From contig JAXLNO010000270.1 of assembly GCA_038087875.1 (NCBI GenBank), positions 186,001-250,000 of the forward strand: a stretch of 64,000 bases of DNA. The letters run 5' to 3'. This document shows positions 58,226-64,000 of the stretch, piece after piece (the first letter of the stretch is position 1; each line of letters opens with the position of its first letter). This DNA comes from Malacoraja senta. Lineage: Eukaryota. Below the pieces are notes generated by a model. The model saw nothing but the letters and a program-made list of their open reading frames with translations, made no database searches and was not told the DNA's origin. The position numbers and the translations under genes were made by a program.

Positions 58226-59899
58226 CATTTCTTGTCTCTTGGCCTATATTCATCCAAACCTGTGCAGTTTTAATTTTGGGAACTCTAACCAGGGCATGAC
58301 CTTCACATTCAATGGTAGGAACCTGGAAGTTCTGTAGAATACATGGATCTAAAAATGAAATTGCATCGTTCCCTGAAAGTGGCGTTACATGTAGATCGAA
58401 TAGTCAGGAAGGTGTGTGTGGCGTGGCCTTCATCAGTCAGGGAAATTGATATGAAAGTTTAAACGTTATGGTTAGTTGTGCTAGACGCTGGCGAGGGCGT
58501 ATTTAATGTAATGTGTTCATTTTCGTCACCATCTCAGGAAAAAGGAAGCCAGAGACAATTTACGATCATGTAGCCCGAAAACACGGAGCGGAACTATAGG
58601 AAGAGATTGGGCATGCTCGTACTTTATTCCTTGCAGCATAGAAGGCTGCGGAGGGTGTGGGGGGGGAGGGGGAGTTCTCTGAGGTGCATGCAATCATGAG
58701 TCATGGATAGGGTAATATTAATAACACAAAGACATTTGTACAGCTGTAACCAAAGGAAGGATTTAGATGGACCTGATTCTTACGATTTGCACTGGATAAC
58801 ATCACCTCAAATTTACAGTACATCCCCATGAAACAGACTAACCTTTGTCTGACCCGTGCGCCAGGTACACCACTTACATATACCCGCTGCTTCTAAACAT
58901 TTTGATAATTAGTTAGAACTAAATTCTACATTGGAAATCCAAGAATTTAAACATCAACAGGTGTTGACATTTCGCAAAGGTGCAAATTAAACAGAAAACA
59001 TAATTGCCTGTCATATATATTGGCCTTTTAAATTACCGTCCCTGAACATTGAAGTGCTTCTTTCAGTTTCTACGAGCACCAGACTTACACACCTTGAAAG
59101 GAGAGATGCTGTATTGAACTACTTGAGAAAAGGGCACATTAATCAAGTCTCCGTGTGTGTCAGCTATCTCTCTCCGGCCGTGTGGACAGCTCAGCCGGAT
59201 AAGTTGTTCATTTATTCTCAGCTCGACCTTGCTCTCTGGTCTGTGGGTTCGAATTAACATCTACTTGTCGACACATCTGATGTCGTTTATCCTATAATAA
59301 ACTGCAGATTCAACAGAGTTGCAGATTGTGTTCACCGGCTGGAACTAATATTCCCCACTGGACGTAGGGCACAGCACAATTACTCAATTCTCTCTTTCTT
59401 TGATCTGAAGCTGCCATTTTAATTTTTTGCATTGTGCGTTATGTTTTCAATTGCATGCCGGGGAGAGGTAATTAGTATTTCCAACCATTGTTAATTAAGA
59501 CGAATATATCGAATGAATGCATATGCACATGCCAAGTTAACCAGCGTGGATGGAGCAAGATGGAGTTGGTGCTCATCACAGATTAGCTTAATTATGGATA
59601 CTGACCTTGCGTTAACTCTTTAGAATTAAAAATTTGAAATAAAAATAAAGGAATATTATGTCAAATGTAAAACACAGCAGTCAAATAAAATGAGATCATG
59701 TTGCAGCTTATCCAGACCCATCGCTAACTACACTGATAATGTGGCACAAATTGAATCCATTTGATGGTCCATACCCATTACCAGGGCAACTCACAAAACC
59801 ACAAGTTACCCAGTTCCGGTTTGGTCCCATTATTCTACTGCATTTCAATACTTTTCAGAAACCTTTCATTAATTTTATATATTCTCTTTTTATTTTATC

Positions 59900-60681
59900 T
59901 CACACGGTGTCGTAAATCACACGATGCTCTGACTGAACAATATGTACCATTCCTCCACGTGCATCTGCATCAGACGCGCGCTTGGCGGGACAGTCCCTGG
60001 GAGACGCGCGGGTCCGATCGCGCAGCGCACCACTAGGCCCGTCTCGCCCCACAGGCCTCGTAGGGTACTGCAGAGAAGCCGAGCGGCGAGGCCTGTCTGG
60101 GCCGAAGGAGCACAAACGGCGGAGACGATGGGGGCCACGACGGGAGCAGCCGGAGCCTCGGCGGTTGCAGTGGAAGCCGCGTCGACGGCAACAGGAGCTT
60201 CGGCGGCAGCGGGAGCCTTGGCAGCAGCGAGGGCCTCGGCGGTGGTGGGGCCTCGGCGTCAACGGGAGCATCTGCGCCAGCGGGAGCCTCGGCGGCGTTG
60301 AGGCCTAGCGATCGACTCGCGATCAGCCGTCGATGAGCGTGAGGGGAGGGGGGAGTGGATGTCAATGGGAGACGCGGCGTCGGGGTACCGCCGTGAGGAA
60401 TGTTGGGAGAATATAGGGGGACCCTTTTGGGGGGATAGGTGGGGGGGTACTGTAAAGTTAGAATCCTCTGCCCAGGGATAAGCCTTTGTGTATTTATTTC
60501 TTCGTTCGTTCCGGTTGAGGCGCTGTACACACAGCAGCCAGCCACAGTCGCTTGTCTTTTTTTTCACTTTTTAATTTAATTTTAATTTCAATATTTCGTG
60601 TACCTTGTTGTGTGTTGTGACTGTTGCCAGACCAATTTCCCTCCGGGGATGAATAAAGTTCCATTGTACCGTATCGTATCC
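59900..60681 (+). mobile_element. GC-rich non-autonomous retroposon with gggatgaataaagtt and (GTATC)n tail
   Basis: CpG-rich body with short internal repeats (ggagcctcggcgg) and a LINE-type tail. A short minus-strand copy of a similar tail is at ~61898-61950. Confidence 0.6.
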
Positions 60682-60844
60682 TATTTATCTCTATCCTGCT
60701 TTATCCAGACAGCCATAAGATCAAACAGTAAACAGCACAGCACAGGAATGGACACATGATGTCTGTGGCGAAAATAAAACCAAGCCCAAATCTTATCTGA
60801 TGGGATATATCTCATTTCCTTCCATTCCCTGCATATACATGTGG

Positions 60845-62800
60845 TAATAGACAATAGACAATAGACAAAAGGTGTAAGAGTAGGCCATTCGGATAATTTG
60901 AACCAGCACCGCCATTCAATGTGAACATGACTGATCATCCCCAATCAGTATCCCGTTCCCGCCTTCCCCCATATCTCCCGACTGCGCTATCTTATTAAAC
61001 GTGCCAATCTATATGACTCTTAAATAGCATTATTGTATTTGCCTCCACCACCACCTCTCTGAAGTCAACTGCCCATGTTGCACAGTCAAGTGCGTGAGCA
61101 TATCGGTACAGCACAGACACCACTGGGCTTTATTTAATTATGTAGTATGCTACAGGCCTCACACTGCCCCCACGATTTATGTGACTATAGCTATTAGTAC
61201 ACTCTTTCATTATTACAGGTGGAAGAGTTTAGAGTGAAATCCGCAAGTCCCAATGCTCGGGTGGATTTCAGGGCTGGCTTGATATTTGCAAATGACCAAA
61301 TTGATCGGAAGCAGTTTGGGCTTGTTACATTGCTTCTCCATGTACATTAGCACGGCCTTTCAATAAACCAACGTTAGACAGACTCACCGCTGATCTACCA
61401 GCTGTGGGGGGGGTTTTGTGTCTGGGCCTATCTGAGTAAAGTCAGAAATAGGTGCGTGTAAAATACAAAAATTTTACCTGCAGGGTAGATCGAATATTTT
61501 CGAGGAGGTTGCCAGCACTAGATGGCGTGAGATATAGAGAGAGGTTGGGGAGTCTGGATCTCTGTTCCTTGGAGCGCAGGAGGATGAGGGGTGATCTTAT
61601 AGATGCGTGTGAGAGAAATCATGAGAGAAATCGATCGGGTAGATATAATGTGCCACTTGCTCAGCTAGAATAATCGAGGACATGGATTTAAGGTGAAGGG
61701 GAAGAGGTTTAGTAGAAATCTGAGTGGGTAATCTTTTCACACGAAGAGTTCTGGATGTAGGGAACCAGGTGCCAGAGGAGGTAGTTGAACCAAGGACTAT
61801 CCAAATGTTTAATAAACAATTAACAGGTATATGGACAGGACAGGTTTGGAAGGCTATGGTCTAAACGCGGGAAGGTCGGTCTAGTGTAACTGGGACTTAC
61901 GATACGATACGATAGAACTTTATTATCCCAGGAGGAAAATTGATCTTGTTGGCCGGTGTGAGAAGTTGGGCCGAATGGCCTGTTGCCACGCTGTATCACT
62001 CCATGGCTCTGAGACAGGCTCCACTCGCCTAATCCGGCCAAAATGCCCATTCAAAACATTTCCCATTTTCCTGCTTTTGATCCACATCCATCCCAATCTT
62101 TCTTCGGCAGGTACCTGTTTGAATGATTTTATAACCAGAGTTGATATTTCACCTCCCTCTACAATGTCCTCTGACGAGGAGGCGTGACTGTTTGAGGTCC
62201 AGCCGTGTCTTTGTGGAGGAGCCGGCGGGTCTGGCACAGAGGCAAACGTGTGTAGAGAAGAGGCACACATGTGTGGAGAAGAGTCAGTTGCATCTGGCGG
62301 ATGGGGAGTCTTGTCCGGCGGAGGGACAGACGTGCTTCGTAGAGGGGATGACTTGTCTGCCGGAGGGGAAGATGTGCCATGCGGAGGGGATCGGTCTGGC
62401 ATATGGGAAATTGGAAAATGTTCTACTGCATATTCAGCGTTGCTTCTAGCCACCAGAATGTCCCGGCTGAAAGGTCCCCATGCGATACGCAATCTTCTTC
62501 GCGGATATCATTCGCTTCCCCCCATCCGTGCCTGAAGCGGCACTGAGGACAGGGGATCACCTCGTATTGTTTCAGGCTATCCTTGGGAAAGGGTTTGATA
62601 GAAACATAGAAAATAGGTGCAGGAGGAGGCCATTCGGCCCCTGGATCCAGCACCGCCATTCACTGTGATCATGGCTGATCGTCCCCAATCAATAACCCGT
62701 GCCTGCCTTCTCCCCATAACCCTTGATTCCACTAGCCTCTAGAGCTCTATCGAACTCTCTCTTGAATCCATCCAATGACCTGGCCTCCACTGCCCTCTGC
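60845..62800. mobile_element. CR1 3' fragments (60845-61050 minus, 61490-62010 plus, 62598-62800 minus)
   Basis: YRERLGSLDLCSLERRRMRGDLI plus typical 3' UTRs with (ACAATAG)n and (ATAGAAAC)n tails. Confidence 0.7.
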
Positions 62801-62829
62801 CCTGGGGGTAGGGTATATCTCTCGATGGG

Positions 62830-64000
62830 TGCAGGCCTCGGACTGCGAATTTCGCTACTGCTGAGTGTTGCAGTTTATCGGAGTGGGCTTTGTGTGCACT
62901 GGGTTTCGGGTCCAATTGTTTGGAGCACCCTGCATTGATTTAGATTGTACAGGTTCCCCGGTGCGGAAATGTGTGTGTGGATTACACATTGTCCTGGACC
63001 AGGGATACTGAATACACAAGGATACTGGCTCGGGGACGGGGCTGTCCGGTCTGGTGCTGGGTACTGGTTCCTCCGACGGAGGTTGCGGATTATACATAGT
63101 TCCAGGCCAGTCGATAATGAATGCACCGTGACATAACACTGTGGGATCATCCAGAGTTCTGGGACGGATATTTTGTACTAAAAATAGCGTCGGACTCGGT
63201 GGTGCGGATTCCACAGCGTCCTGTGACAAATCATATTGATTACATATGGACATATGGTCCTTGAGCACACAGTGTTCCGGGTCCTGTGATTGGGGGGGGG
63301 GTGCGTGGCAAGGTGGATTACACAGGGTCCTGGGACGACGTGTGTGGATTAAAAAAAGTATCTGGACTAAACAGTGACGGAGTCGTGGCACATGTGTGTT
63401 GACCACAGTGGGTCCAGGGTCCCAAGTCGGAGAGTGCTTGTGCTTATTGCCCCGGATCAGGGACCTGAATCCTGGTATTACACGTGATGTCACTGATTGT
63501 AGATGAATCTCAATCGCGGGTCGGGTTTTAGATTGCACTTGGCCCTGTACTCTGGTGTGTTACAGACAGTATCCGGATCCGAGGATGTCGATAAAACAGT
63601 CCAGGGACGGGGAGGTGTTGACCAGTCAAGATCCGTGCCGGAGATTTGTAGATTATATAGAGTTTGTGTTCCGAGTCGGCGGGTGTGGATCACACAGAAT
63701 TATTGAGCGGGCGATGGGTGTGAATTACACAGTGTCTTGGAAGAAGATTGTGGATTTCACAGGGTACTTGCCACGGGCGGAGGAATGGGGTGGATTACAG
63801 AACGTACTGTGACGGGAAAGTGTGGATTAGCATTTCCAGGGAGGGGTGTTTTTATTACAGTGCGTCGCAGGACGGAGGATAGTGGAACACACAGAACTCC
63901 TGGCTGGGATTGTAAATAAAATCGGATCCATGGATTGGGATCTTGATTATTTGGGGTTTTATGAGTAGTGGAGCAGTTCCCAACTAGACCAGAACGGGAG
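62830..64000. repeat. Old degenerate tandem repeat with GTGGATTACACAG-like core
   Basis: Core variants recur roughly every 30-40 bp, e.g. near 62977, 63085, 63313, 63686, 63751 and 63791. Confidence 0.55.

Noticed and set aside
59238..59272. tRNA-Ser-like 3' end (GTGGGTTCGAAT..CATC..GTCG)
   Set aside because: No matching D-arm, anticodon arm or acceptor stem upstream, and the duplicate at 53280 reads GGGTATGAAT.

Overview
Vertebrate, TE-dense genomic DNA, most likely from a cartilaginous fish such as a skate or ray. That assignment is inferred from the CR1/HER1-type LINEs, an HE1/V-SINE-like head and a GPR139-like receptor. I found no intact host gene. The only long intact ORF (1212 aa, 13829-17467) is a young Neptune-type Penelope-like element with 408-bp pseudo-LTRs, a hammerhead-like motif, a 13-bp TSD and a long Pro-rich insert. 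A 5.2-kb insertion joins a 5'-inverted (twin-primed) L1 to a CR1 3' tail inside one 9-bp TSD. A two-exon GPR139-like GPCR is disabled by two G>A changes. A short-TIR DNA transposon carries three head-to-tail Helitrons, one of which holds a mini-Penelope. An ISL2EU-type transposon (THAP-DDE transposase plus YqaJ-PHD) is split by a full-length L1. The window also has a second Helitron dimer, an old tandem duplication with candidate exons, GA-rich tracts, minisatellites and many CR1 fragments. All calls come from manual reading; no searches were run.
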